Source: Candidatus Eiseniibacteriota bacterium (lineage in GTDB: Bacteria; Eisenbacteria; RBG-16-71-46; JABDJR01). Taken from it: a DNA stretch of 64,000 nt. The stretch covers positions 1,536,001 through 1,600,000 of the forward strand of contig CAWANH010000028.1 of NCBI GenBank assembly GCA_963783375.1, given 5' to 3'. The notes beneath the pieces are model-generated. The model saw only the letters and a program-made list of their open reading frames with translations, had not been told where the DNA came from and ran no database searches. Position numbers and translations under genes: made by a program. Shown piece by piece: positions 1-9,910 of this stretch (its first letter is position 1; each line of letters begins with the position of its first letter).

Positions 1-562
1 TGCGCGCCCCGAGAACCTTTTTGGGGTCCCGATGGCCGGTGGCCGCCCGCACCTCGAGGGCCCCGGAGGCGCGATCGACGAGCATGAGGGAGACCTGCTC
101 CCCGTCGAAGGTGTCGAGACAACTCCGGGTGATGACGTCGAAGATCGCCTCGGGATCGGTCTCGGTCCCCACCGCGCGGCTCACGGTGAGAAGCGAGAAG
201 AGTCGATCGCAGTGCCGGCGGACCCGCTCGTTGGCCGCCTCGCGTTCCCGCCGCAGATGGCGGCGGAGGGCGCCGAGGTGGCGCTGCTGGATGGTGAGGT
301 AGAGGGTGAAGAGGACCATGACCACCGAGAGGCTGACCATGAGCGCCACGTCGGTATTGGCCCAGGGCCAGATCTGGGCCACCCGTTCGCGCATGACGGT
401 CAGAGCGCCGGTGGCGAGACCGAGCGTGGTGAGGACCGAGACGCCGGCGATCATGATCCAGTTCCGCCACGAGAGGCGGTCCAGCTTTCGATCGGCATCC
501 AGGGTCGGGATCGAGATGCGGCAGCTCCCGATTGGCTTCTCCTCCAGGCCGGAACGGGCCAT
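1..562 (-). CDS. Membrane protein with two TM helices, a coiled coil and the start of a GAF domain (signal transduction); 3' end lies outside the window
   Basis: Not in the ORF track; read manually from ATG at 562 on -: MARSGLEEKP...WRNWIMIAGVSVLTTLGLATGALTV...VMVLFTLYLTIQQRHL...LFSLLTVSRAVGTETDPEAIFDVITRSCLDTFDGEQVSLMLVDRASGALEVRAATG, a typical GAF N-terminus. Confidence 0.7.
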   Translation of the reverse strand, partial: MARSGLEEKPIGSCRISIPTLDADRKLDRLSWRNWIMIAGVSVLTTLGLATGALTVMRERVAQIWPWANTDVALMVSLSVVMVLFTLYLTIQQRHLGALRRHLRREREAANERVRRHCDRLFSLLTVSRAVGTETDPEAIFDVITRSCLDTFDGEQVSLMLVDRASGALEVRAATGHRDPKKVLGAR

Positions 563-872
563 TCTACGCTCCTTGGGTTCCCGTATCTGACGAGGGCGCT
601 CGGCGCCGGAGGCCCGGCGATCGGCGGCCCAGGATCCTGAGTTCCTTCCGTGCGCATGCGTGGAGCGGCTGAGGTGCACGTCCGGGGTGCCGTGGCCCGA
701 AGGTATGGCCACGTTACCGTCCACGATCACTTATCGGCGGTCCTCGCCCTTTTCCCATGGGGATTCGCCGTTTACCGCGTTCCGGGTCCGAATATGGGGG
801 GGAAACCCCCGCCGGGCAGGAATTGCGGAAGGGTTCCTTTGGATTGCAGCCAGACCGCAACTCATCCAGCCA

Positions 873-1595
873 TCAGGACCAGGACGCCTCCCCCTCCCGG
901 CGGAGGTAGGCATGGGCCAGGAGTCCGCTGTTCAGGTCCACGAACGCATGGAGGGCCATGGGGAGCCAGAGGCTTCCGCTCAGGACGTAGAGGAGGGCCA
1001 GGCCGAGACCGACCAGACCGGTCTGAAGCACCCCCCGGGTACCCTGGTAGGCGTGGGCCATCCCGAAGAGGAGCGCGGCCACGACCACCGCGACGGGGAA
1101 GGGGACCAGGAGCGCCAGGTACCAGATCAGGAATCCCCGGTAGAGCACTTCCTCGCAGATCCCGGCGGTGAGGGAGACCCCGGCGAAGTGGAGCATCTCC
1201 CGGGAGGAGTGGGGGAGGATCGGGCGCAGGTTGTCCAATTGGCGGAGCACGAGATCGCGCATCTCGTCATCCCGGCGCCGGCCCAGGGAGATCCGCTGCC
1301 AGGTGGCGAAGACCGCGAACCCCACCGCCGCCCCCAGCCCGACCCAGAACCCCCAACCCGAGGGTGCGGAGAATCCGAGCGAGCTCCAGGATCGATCCAC
1401 GCGACTCCAGTAGATCAGGGCCGTCGCGAGCAACACCCACTCCACCCCCATGCTCTCGAAGTAGGCTTCGTGCCGGGCGCGCCCCGCGTTCCCGGCCGCG
1501 GCCCGGACCATGCGCGGATACCAGAAGAGGAGGTCGTGGAGCGGCAGAACCACGGTGATGAGACCGACCAGCACGTGGTCCAGAGGCGTAGGCAT
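873..1595 (-). CDS. CPBP family intramembrane glutamic endopeptidase (CAAX protease/Abi)
   Basis: Multi-TM protein with motifs GICEEVLYRG, FGMAHAYQG and LHAFVD. Confidence 0.9.
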   Translation of the reverse strand: MPTPLDHVLVGLITVVLPLHDLLFWYPRMVRAAAGNAGRARHEAYFESMGVEWVLLATALIYWSRVDRSWSSLGFSAPSGWGFWVGLGAAVGFAVFATWQRISLGRRRDDEMRDLVLRQLDNLRPILPHSSREMLHFAGVSLTAGICEEVLYRGFLIWYLALLVPFPVAVVVAALLFGMAHAYQGTRGVLQTGLVGLGLALLYVLSGSLWLPMALHAFVDLNSGLLAHAYLRREGEASWS

Positions 1596-1635
1596 GGCGC
1601 GAGAATATCAGAGCGGGCGGGGCGCGGGGCCCCGG

Positions 1636-3690
1636 TCAGCGATCCGCGTCCTGTCCCTTTTCGAGCTCGAGGAGCCGTTCGATTTCCGACTGCAGCATAG
1701 GCGTCGGGGGCTTCTGAAGCGCCCGGGTCAGGTACTCCGTGGCCTCCTGGTGGCGGTCCATGAGCCGGTAGAGATAGCCGAGGTGGTAGTAGATCTCCGA
1801 GAGATCGTCCCGCCCCGCGGCGTGGGCGAGCTGGATGGCGCGAAGCAGCGTCTTCTCCGCGTCCTCGTACTTCTTGAGCCGCACCTCGGCCCAGCCCAGG
1901 GTGTCCAGATACCCCGGGTTGTCCGGCGACAGGCGGTTGGCCTTCTCCGCCAGCTCGTAGGCGCGCTCCGGTTTCTCGTCGCTGTCCGCGTAGCTCATGG
2001 CCAGGTTGTTGTTGTAGATCGCGCTCTCGGGATCCTTGCTGAGGAGCATCTCCCCCACGAAGAGCGCGTCGTCGAAGCGGCGCATGCTGGCCAGGAAGTA
2101 GCCGGCCATCTCCAGGAGCTCGCGATCGGTGGCGCGCCCGCTGTCGGCGGGGGCCAGGGCGGTGTCGACTTCGGAGATCCTCCGCAGGGTGTCGAAGGCC
2201 ATCTCGTCCTTCCCCACCCGCAGGTAGGTCACTCCCAACCGGAAGAGCACGCCGGGATCGGGTTCGGCCCGCTGGAGATACCGCTCGAAGTGGACGATCG
2301 CCTCGCCGCGGCGTCCCGCGTCATCGGCCAGGAGCCCCAGGCCGAGCTCCGCCGGGGTGTTGTCCGGGTGCTGGGCGAGACAGCTCTCGTAATCCCGGTG
2401 GGCGTCGTCGGTCCGGCCCAGGCGAAGCTCCATGGGGGCGAGAATGCACGGGAGATCGTCGGTACTTGCCCCGAGCTTCGCCGCCCGTTGGAGGAGTTCG
2501 ATGGCCTGGGACTCGCTTCCCGGCTGCTCGGACAGGGTGAGCCCCAGAAGCCGGAGCGAGCTGGCGTCCTCCCCGTTCTGAGTGAGGGCCTTCCGGAGAA
2601 ACTCCTGCCCATCCCCGACCCGCCCCTGCCGGATCAGGGTCGCGGCCAGGTAGTAGAGGGTCTCCGGGTCCTCGGGATCCTCCTGCTGGGCGCCGGTGAG
2701 GAGAATGGTGGCCTCGGTGTCCTGCTTGCGGAAGAACTGGCAGATGCCCAGCGCCTTCCGGTTCACCAGGATCGGGTCCTCGGCGGTGGCGTCCTCGAGG
2801 TCCTTGAATGCGGCTTCGTAGCTCCCGGCGGCCAGCTCCGCCCGGCCCCGGAGCGCCAGTTCATCGGTGGAGAGGAGCGAGCGCTCGCGGGCGCCGAGGA
2901 TACGGGCGATCCCCTCGTAAGCGGGCCGGTAACGGTTGTTCAGGGTGAACGCGCGCCGGTAGTGGACCAGGGCGGCGGCGGTGTCCCCCTCCGCCTCGAG
3001 CGTCTGCCCGAGGCCGCCGTGGGACGCCGCGTCCTCGGGGGCGATGGCCAGGGCCTTCTCGAAGGCCGATCTCGCCTGGTCGGGCTTCCCCGCCCGCCGG
3101 AGGGCGTCACCCAGGGCGCGCTGCACATCGGGGACCGTAGGCTCGACCTCGGCGGCGGCGCGGAAAGCCTTCGCCGCGGCCTCGAAATCGCCCTTGGCCA
3201 GCGACCGCTGGCCCGCCAGCCAGGACTTCCGCCCGCGGTCGGTGGTGAGCGGGACCTCCATCCCCTGGAAGTAGGACTTGGAGAGGATGGCCATGCCCTC
3301 GTGGGCCTCGCGATTTCCGGGGTCGTGGTTCAGGACCCACCGGTACTGGCGGACCGCTTCCGAGGCCGCGCCCTGGACATCCTGGATCTGGTTGTTCACC
3401 AGGGCGGAGGTGAGCGCCCGTCCGAGGAGGAGGTGGGCGTAGGAGCGGTCGGGGGCGTAGCTCGTGACCTTGGTGAAGATGGCCGCCGCCCGGAGGTAGT
3501 TCCCCTGCTCGAGGTAGATCTCCCCGTCGAAGATCAGGAGATCGATGGCGTCGGAGTCGGGCGCGGCGGGCTCGCCCTCGATCTGGAGGGGAATCGTGGT
3601 CTCCCCCTGGGCCCGCACCGCCGGGGCGTGGACCGTACCGAGAACGAGGAACGCGATGATGAAAGCCAACTGTGAATATCGCATGGACAT
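1636..3690 (-). CDS. Exported multi-TPR repeat protein
   Basis: Signal peptide (AVRA-Q), many TPR-like helical repeats, C-terminal NNLAMSYAD...PGYLDTLGW motif; start at ATG 3690 or 3684. Confidence 0.85.
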   Translation of the reverse strand: MSMRYSQLAFIIAFLVLGTVHAPAVRAQGETTIPLQIEGEPAAPDSDAIDLLIFDGEIYLEQGNYLRAAAIFTKVTSYAPDRSYAHLLLGRALTSALVNNQIQDVQGAASEAVRQYRWVLNHDPGNREAHEGMAILSKSYFQGMEVPLTTDRGRKSWLAGQRSLAKGDFEAAAKAFRAAAEVEPTVPDVQRALGDALRRAGKPDQARSAFEKALAIAPEDAASHGGLGQTLEAEGDTAAALVHYRRAFTLNNRYRPAYEGIARILGARERSLLSTDELALRGRAELAAGSYEAAFKDLEDATAEDPILVNRKALGICQFFRKQDTEATILLTGAQQEDPEDPETLYYLAATLIRQGRVGDGQEFLRKALTQNGEDASSLRLLGLTLSEQPGSESQAIELLQRAAKLGASTDDLPCILAPMELRLGRTDDAHRDYESCLAQHPDNTPAELGLGLLADDAGRRGEAIVHFERYLQRAEPDPGVLFRLGVTYLRVGKDEMAFDTLRRISEVDTALAPADSGRATDRELLEMAGYFLASMRRFDDALFVGEMLLSKDPESAIYNNNLAMSYADSDEKPERAYELAEKANRLSPDNPGYLDTLGWAEVRLKKYEDAEKTLLRAIQLAHAAGRDDLSEIYYHLGYLYRLMDRHQEATEYLTRALQKPPTPMLQSEIERLLELEKGQDADR

Positions 3691-3902
3691 ACCATTGTAC
3701 CCTCCCCGCCCCGGCGCCTTCCCCAAAAGCTGGCCGCGGATGGAAAAACCGGGCCGGGCCGCGGCGGGCGGCGGAGGGATCGGCGGCTCCGGGAGCGCCG
3801 GGAGAGCCCCGGGGGGCCGGCCCGGAATGACACCGGCGTGGACGCGGTATCCGGGGTGATATAGTGCCGGGGATGGAACTTACGGCTTACGGAAAGAGGA
3901 AG

Positions 3903-4772
3903 ATGACGCGTTCTTTCGCGTGGATCGGGCTGGCGGGCCTCCTCGTCATCGGCGCGGCCGGCGCCGTCGAGGCCACCGACGGGGTCCCCTCCGGCAATTA
4001 CTATACCCGGCTCCGGGCCAACGACGCGCCCGTCGGCGGCCGGTTCACCGTCTACGGCTACCTGCTCGACTCCCTGGACGCGGCGGTGAAGCTGCCCGGC
4101 CCCGGCCGGATCATGGCGGTGAACTTCCGGGAAGCCAACGGCAGCAACTCCTTCGTGGTATCCGGGGATCTGTCCCTGCTCGGCGCCCGGAACCAGGCCT
4201 GGCAGGAGGGATTCCTCTCCCTGGACGGCCGGCGGCTCTCCGGCTTCATCGGTAAGAACGACTCGCGATGGGCGCTCTGGTGGGTCCCCTGGGGTGGGGA
4301 CAGCCTGAGCTGGAACTCCATGCGCGATCTGCGCCTCGCCTATGGACTCTCCAAGGAAGGCTTCGCGCGCCTGAAGGACGAGGATGCCGCGGCCACCCTG
4401 AACGCCCTTCCCTGGGACTCGATCCGCGGCGCCTCGATCGAGCCCGGCCGGTCGGTCGCCGATCTGTCCTCGTCCATCGATCCCGCCGCCTTCGACCGCC
4501 CCCCCGCCGTCCTCGCCCAGAGCGCTCCGACCTATCCCCGGGCGGCCCGCAAGTGGGACTTCCAGGGGACGGTGAACGTGGTGGCCGAGGTGGACGACGC
4601 CGGCCGGGTGACCGACGCCTTCGTCCTCCAGTCCAACGCCGCCCACGAATTGAACGTGGCCGCGCTGGTGGCGGTGATGAAGTGGACCTTCGCCCCCGGC
4701 ATGAAGGAAGGCCGGCCCGCCTCGGGAGGGGTGGTGGTCCCCATCCGCTTCGATCTGGGTGGGGAGAGGTGA
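3903..4772 (+). CDS. Energy transducer TonB family protein (unknown N-terminal domain + TonB_C)
   Basis: RBS AAGAGGA, N-terminal hydrophobic segment; C-terminal PTYPRAARKWDFQGTVNV...AALVAVMKWTFAPG...VPIRF. Confidence 0.8.
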   Translation: MTRSFAWIGLAGLLVIGAAGAVEATDGVPSGNYYTRLRANDAPVGGRFTVYGYLLDSLDAAVKLPGPGRIMAVNFREANGSNSFVVSGDLSLLGARNQAWQEGFLSLDGRRLSGFIGKNDSRWALWWVPWGGDSLSWNSMRDLRLAYGLSKEGFARLKDEDAAATLNALPWDSIRGASIEPGRSVADLSSSIDPAAFDRPPAVLAQSAPTYPRAARKWDFQGTVNVVAEVDDAGRVTDAFVLQSNAAHELNVAALVAVMKWTFAPGMKEGRPASGGVVVPIRFDLGGER

Positions 4773-6268
4773 TTCGAGGCCAAGTCGGGGACGCGCGCGG
4801 GAACGCCGCCCGAAGCGCGGTGAGGGCGGGGTGCGCCGAGGCCGGGTGGCCGGGGCGCGCGATCGCGGCGTGGATGGTCCGCGCGGCAATTTCCCTTCTG
4901 GCCGCCATGGGCGCCCTATCGGCCGCGGCTCCGGCATCGGCGAGGGCGGGGACGGCGCCCGCCGCCCCGTCCACGGCAACGGCTTCGGGGGGGAGGCCGC
5001 CGCGAGCCCGGCCCCCGACGCCCCGCCCCCGTCCGAGGCCTGGGTGGCCGATCTCGACGTCGAGGAGCTGGGCTTCGACGGGGCGCTCCGGATCCGGGTC
5101 TTCTACGCGCCGGATTACATCGGCTTTCCCGCCGCGGCCGGACACCTGTTCCTGGTTGCCGCGGACAGCTCCCGCGGCGCGGACGCGTTTTTCATCTCCA
5201 GCGATCTCGCCTTCGAGTTCGGAAGCCGGGGAGTCTACCCGGTCCAGTTCGAGCAGGCCTCGGATCTGTTCGGGCAGGCGCTGGGAGGAAGGCTCCGCCC
5301 CGGCGAGACCCAGCTTGGCTTCGTACTCGTGCCCTCCGAGGCCCCGGTCGGGGACTTCCTCCCCGGAAACCCCGACTCCCTTCGCATCCGCTACGCCAAC
5401 CGCCGCGCGTCCTTCCGGCGGGCCGACCCCGGGGAGATCGCGGCGTGGACGAAGCGGATTCCGCGCCGGGTGCTCGCCATCGGACTCAACTCCTGGTGGG
5501 ACTGGACCCGGAGCATGCAGGAAGCGCCGCCCATGAACGAGGGGGAATCCCGGTTCTTTGCCGAGCGGATGTTCCCCGGCCAGGGGAGGATCCTGGCCAC
5601 AGGAGGGGATGAGCCCCGAGGCGCTCCGGAACGCCATCCTCCGGGTGGGGGAGCGCCGGCTCCTCGAAGGGCCGGCCCGCCAGCGGGTGGGTCCCCGCTA
5701 CCCGACCGCGGTCCGCCAGATGGGGATCGGAGGGCTGGTGGTCGCCCTCTGCTACATCGACGCCAAGGGGGAGGTGGCCGACGCCGTGCTCCTCGCGTCG
5801 AACACCGTGCATCTCCTGAACCTCTCCGCCCTTTCCGCGGCCATGCAGTTCCGCTACCCCGCCGCCGAGGGCGAGGACGGAAAGCCCGCCGACGGATGGC
5901 GGATCCTCCCCTTCCAGTTCCGCCTGGAGAAGCCGCCCGCCGCGGTCGCCGCCGGGAGCGGCGCGGCGGGGGACACCACCGGTCTCGGGGAGTTCCGGCC
6001 CCCGCAGATCGTGAGGGGGGAGGAGCCGGAGTACCCCGAGCGCGCCCGGCAGAAGGGAATCGCGGGGACGGTGGTCTACCGCGCCACCATCTCCCCGGAG
6101 GGGAAGCTGGTGGAGGCCGCCCTGGAGAAGGGGGTCGATCCGCTCCTCGACCAGGCCGCCCTCACCGCGCTGGAGCACACGCTGTTTCTTCCCGCCAGCC
6201 GGGGGGGCGTCTCCGTCGAGGGGGAGATCCTGGTCCCCTACACCTTCGGGAAGCCGCGGAAGCGGTAG
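4769..6268 (+). CDS. TonB family protein with two TonB_C domains; split by two frameshifts (about 4990 in a G-run, and about 5600)
   Basis: Three overlapping frames join into signal peptide, globular domain (AWVADLDVEELGFDG...), PRYPTAVRQMGIGG... and PEYPERARQKGIAGTV...VPYTF; start codon uncertain. Confidence 0.7.
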
Positions 6269-6540
6269 CCCGGGTTGTCCGGGAGCGATTTTCCCGGGGC
6301 GCCGGACGGCGGCCCGGCCGGCGTGCCCCGCCGGCGTCCGGCACGTTTGCGGACCGCCGGGGCGCGGTGCCCGCCGCGCCGGGGCCTCGGGGTGGCGAGC
6401 ACGTAATTGGCTGCCGGGCATGGAATTGCGGGGTGGACCCCCACCCCGGCTCCCATCATCTTGACGCCCCGCTCCCGGCGGGGCACCCTCGGCCCGCCCC
6501 TTGCGATCCGGTCCGTTCCCCGCCCAGTGAACGGCCGGGT

Positions 6541-6566
6541 TAAACCCCACGCCTTCCGCGGGCGTC
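6541..6566 (+). promoter_or_regulatory. Putative ECF-type autoregulatory promoter
   Basis: TAAAC (6541-6545), 17-nt spacer, CGTC (6563-6566), 14 nt before the GTG of the ECF gene; fits the general ECF AAC-N16/17-CGT pattern. Confidence 0.55.
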
Positions 6567-6580
6567 CTAGAGGCGAGAAC

Positions 6581-7177
6581 GTGAAGAAACCGACGGGTCC
6601 CGATCCCGAGCTCCCGAAGGAGGATGCGGTGGCTTCGACCGCGCCGGTCATCGACGTGGGCGAGCGCCGCCTCATCCGGCGGGCCCGGGAGGGGGATGTC
6701 GGGGCCTTCGAGACCTTGTACCGGGCGCACGTGGGCCGGGTCCACGCGGTCTGCCGCCGGCTGGCGGGGGACCCGACCCGGGCCGAGGAACTCACCCAGG
6801 ACGTGTTCGTCCGGGCCTGGGAGCGGCTCCGGAGCTTCGAGGGACGGAGCGCCTTCGGGTCCTGGCTCTACCGGCTGGCGGTGAACCTGGTGATCGACGC
6901 CAAGCGGTCGGAGATCCGGCGATCCGCCCGGGAGACCGCGGCCGAGGATCCGGCGGCGTGGGGGAACCCGCGGCCGCCGCGGGACCCGGTGGCGGGGTGG
7001 GACCTGGAGCGGGCGATCGCCGCCCTGCCTCCGGGAGCGCGGATGGTGTTCGTGCTCCACGAGGTCGAGGGGTATCGCCACGAGGAAATCGCGGGAATGG
7101 CCGGCCTGGCCGAGGGGACCTGCAAGGCGCAGCTCCACCGGGCCCGGCGGCTCTTGAGGGAGATGCTGGAGCCATGA
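6581..7177 (+). CDS. ECF RNA polymerase sigma factor
   Basis: Region 2 (AEELTQDVFVRAW...FGSWLYRLAVN) and region 4 (LPPGARMVFVLHEVEGYRHEEIA...KAQLHRARRLL). Confidence 0.93.
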   Translation: MKKPTGPDPELPKEDAVASTAPVIDVGERRLIRRAREGDVGAFETLYRAHVGRVHAVCRRLAGDPTRAEELTQDVFVRAWERLRSFEGRSAFGSWLYRLAVNLVIDAKRSEIRRSARETAAEDPAAWGNPRPPRDPVAGWDLERAIAALPPGARMVFVLHEVEGYRHEEIAGMAGLAEGTCKAQLHRARRLLREMLEP

Positions 7178-7828
7178 ACCACGAGACGGCCCGGACCCGG
7201 CTGGATGCGCTCGTGGACGGGGAACTGACCGCGGGGGAGCGGGCGGAGGTCGATGCGCACCTGGCCGGGTGCCCGGAATGCCGGGATGAGGCGGCGGCGC
7301 TTCGGCGGCTTCGGTCCGGCGCGAGGGCGCTGGTGGATGCGGTGGAGCCGGTGCGGGATCTCTGGCCGGGGATCGCCACCCGGATCGCGGGGGCACCGGT
7401 CGCGGCGCCGCGGCGCCGCTCGTGGTTCGAGGGGTGGACCCAGGGGTTGGCCTGGGCGGCGGTTCTGGCGGTGGCGCTGGTCGGAGCCTACCGGCTTCTT
7501 GCTCCGGTTCCCGAGGCCCCGCCGCGGACCGCGGCGATGCCGGCGGGCCTGATTCCGGCGGTGGGGGCCCTGGAGATGCAAACGGCGGCGGCGGGGAAGG
7601 AGCTCCAGGCGGCCCTGGCGCTCCGCCCGGAGGGGATGGACGCGGCGACCGGAGCCGCTCTGGCCGCGAACCTGGATGTATCTGGAGCGCGCGATCGCCG
7701 AAACCCGGGAGGCCTGGGTGGCCCATCCGGAGGACCCGGCGCTCATCTACGAGCTGACCGATCTCTACCGGCGGAAGCTCGATCTGTTGCACGGGGCGAC
7801 GGATCTCGTGACCCGGAGCTGGACCTGA
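7174..7828 (+). CDS. zf-HC2 zinc-binding anti-sigma factor (frameshift at about 7680)
   Basis: ATGA overlap with the sigma gene, HLAGCPEC motif, one TM helix; the alternative frame continues LERAIAETREAW...YRRKLDLL to TGA 7828. Confidence 0.85.
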
Positions 7829-7853
7829 GTGGGACCCTGGAAGAAGAGGTGAC

Positions 7854-8750
7854 GTGATGCGAAAGACGATGGCCGTGATGATGATGGCGCTCCTGTTGGC
7901 GCTGGTTCCCACGACGCTTCTCGCCGGCCAGCCGATCGACGAGACCCGCGACGCGGCGCCCGACGGCACCGTGGACATCAACAATCTGAACGGCTCGGTC
8001 ACGGTGACCGGTTGGGACAAGAACCAGGTCACGGTGACCGGGAGCCTGGGGGACGGACCGGACCGGCTGGAGGTGACCGGAACCAAGTCGCGCACCGTCA
8101 TCAAGGTGATCTGGCCCCGGGAGACCCGGACCAGCTCGCGGGAATCCACCGAGCTGAACGTGAAGGTCCCCCGGGGGAGCCAGGTGCGGGTGGAGGGGGT
8201 GAACCTCACCATCGACGTCTCCGAGGTGACCGGGGTGGTGGACGCCCAGACCGTGAACGGCGGGATCGACGTGAGCGGAAAGCCGGCCGAGGTGGACGCC
8301 AAGACCGTGAATGGCCGGATCGAGATTCACGCGGAGACCGACAAGATCGAGGCCGAGACGGTGAACGGCGGGGTGAAGGTTACCGGAGGCCGGGGCGAGG
8401 TCTCGGCCCGGAGCGTGAGCGGTGGGGTGGAGGTGAAGGGCGACGCCTTCACCAGCGCGGAGCTATCCACGGTCTCCGGCTCGGTGGACTTCGAGGGGAG
8501 CCTCGAGGGGAAGGGGACCTACGACTTCGAGAGCCACAGCGGCGGGGTCGTGGTGCGCCTACCCGCAAACGTGAACGCGGATTTCGACGTGAACACCTTC
8601 AGCGGGGACATCGTGAACGAGCTGGGACCGCCGGCCCGACGTACCAGCAAGTACGCCCCGGGGAAGAGCGTGGAGTTCACCGTCGGCGACGGCGGGGCCC
8701 AGATCTCTATCAACAGCTTCAGCGGGACGGTGCGGTTGTTGAAGCTGTAG
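7854..8750 (+). CDS. DUF4097 family beta-strand repeat protein (putative adhesin)
   Basis: Signal peptide and repeated (T/S)V(N/S)G motifs; usual third gene of ECF/anti-sigma operons. Confidence 0.88.
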   Translation: MMRKTMAVMMMALLLALVPTTLLAGQPIDETRDAAPDGTVDINNLNGSVTVTGWDKNQVTVTGSLGDGPDRLEVTGTKSRTVIKVIWPRETRTSSRESTELNVKVPRGSQVRVEGVNLTIDVSEVTGVVDAQTVNGGIDVSGKPAEVDAKTVNGRIEIHAETDKIEAETVNGGVKVTGGRGEVSARSVSGGVEVKGDAFTSAELSTVSGSVDFEGSLEGKGTYDFESHSGGVVVRLPANVNADFDVNTFSGDIVNELGPPARRTSKYAPGKSVEFTVGDGGAQISINSFSGTVRLLKL

Positions 8751-8775
8751 GTCGGGGTGGGGGCGGGCCCCGGAT

Positions 8776-9835
8776 GTTCACCCGGGTGAACCCGAACGTA
8801 CACCGGCGGACATGGTCGTGTGTGTCCCCGGGGAAGCAATGTTCGCGATGAAGGTGTCGCAACTAGATGCCCGCGCGCGTTCAGCCGTCCAGCGCAAGAC
8901 CGGCCCGAGCCGCCCCCGCCCCGGACGCGGACACGAATCCCCCCTGGCATACCTGAGGTTCACCCGGGTGAACTCGTGCTTCCCCGGGGAAGCAATGTTC
9001 GTGTTAATGGCTTTAGTGCGACGTCGCCGGCGAAGCGGCCCATCCCGCGCCCGCGCACCCAGGGTTCACCCGGGTGAACCCGTGCCTCCCCGGGGAAGCA
9101 ATGTTCGCGATAAAGGTGTCGCACCGAGAGGTCCGCGCTCGTTCAGCCGTCGAGCGCGTGACCGGCCCGAGCCGCCCCGGCCCCGGACGCGGACACGAAT
9201 CCCCCCTGGCATACCTGAGGTTCACCCGGGTGAACTCGTGCTTCCCCGGGGAAGCAATGTTCGCGATAAAGGTGCCGCACCGAGAGGCCCGCGCTCGTTC
9301 AGCCGTCGAGCGCGTGACCGGCCCGAGCCGCCCCGGCCCCGGACGCGGACACGAATCCCCCCTGGCATACCTGAGGTTCACCCGGGGGGACCGTTTTGCA
9401 CCCGGGTGCAAAATGTTCGCGATAAAGACTTTAGTGCGACGTCGCCGGCGAAGAGGCCCATCCCGCGGGCGTGCACCCGAAGTTCCCCGGGTGTACTCGA
9501 ATGATCACCGGTGGGCCTGGTCGCGTGCTTCCCCGGGGAAGCAATGTTCGCGATAACGGCTTTAGTGCGACGTCGCCGGCGAAGCGGCCCATCCCGCGCC
9601 CGTGCACCCAGGGTTCACCCGGGTGAACCCGTGCCTCCCCGGGGAAGCAATGTTCGCGATAAAGGTGTCGCACCGAGAGGCCCGCGCGCGTTTAGCCGTC
9701 GAGCGCAAGATCGACCCGGGCCAGCCCTCCCCTCGGACGCGGACACAAAGTCACCCAGGCGTACCCGAAGTTCACCCGGGTGAACTCGTGCTTCCCCGGG
9801 GAAGCAATGTTCGCGATAAAGACTTTAGTGCGACT
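8776..9835 (+). repeat. Mosaic palindromic repeat array, 8 units (REP/BIME-like)
   Basis: Core GTTCACCCGGGTGAAC-N3-TGCTTCCCCGGGGAAGCA-ATGTTCGCGATAA; first palindrome starts at 8776, 8958, 9064, 9220, 9376, 9482, 9613 and 9770; two linker types give periods of about 156 and 106 bp. Confidence 0.95.
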
Positions 9836-9910
9836 CCACAGACGAACCGGCCCGTCGCCGGCTGCTAGACTCCCGGGGTAGGTCCACGGCACCGAGTCCC
9901 GGGAGATTCC

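Noticed and set aside
8776-9835. CRISPR array
   Set aside because: The inter-repeat sequences are of two recurring types (about 55 and 105 bp), not unique spacers of uniform length, and no cas genes or leader are present.
8776-9835. Integron attC cassette array
   Set aside because: There are no ORF cassettes between repeats and no intI, and the GTT/AAC order in P1 is opposite to attC (RYYYAAC...GTTRRRY).
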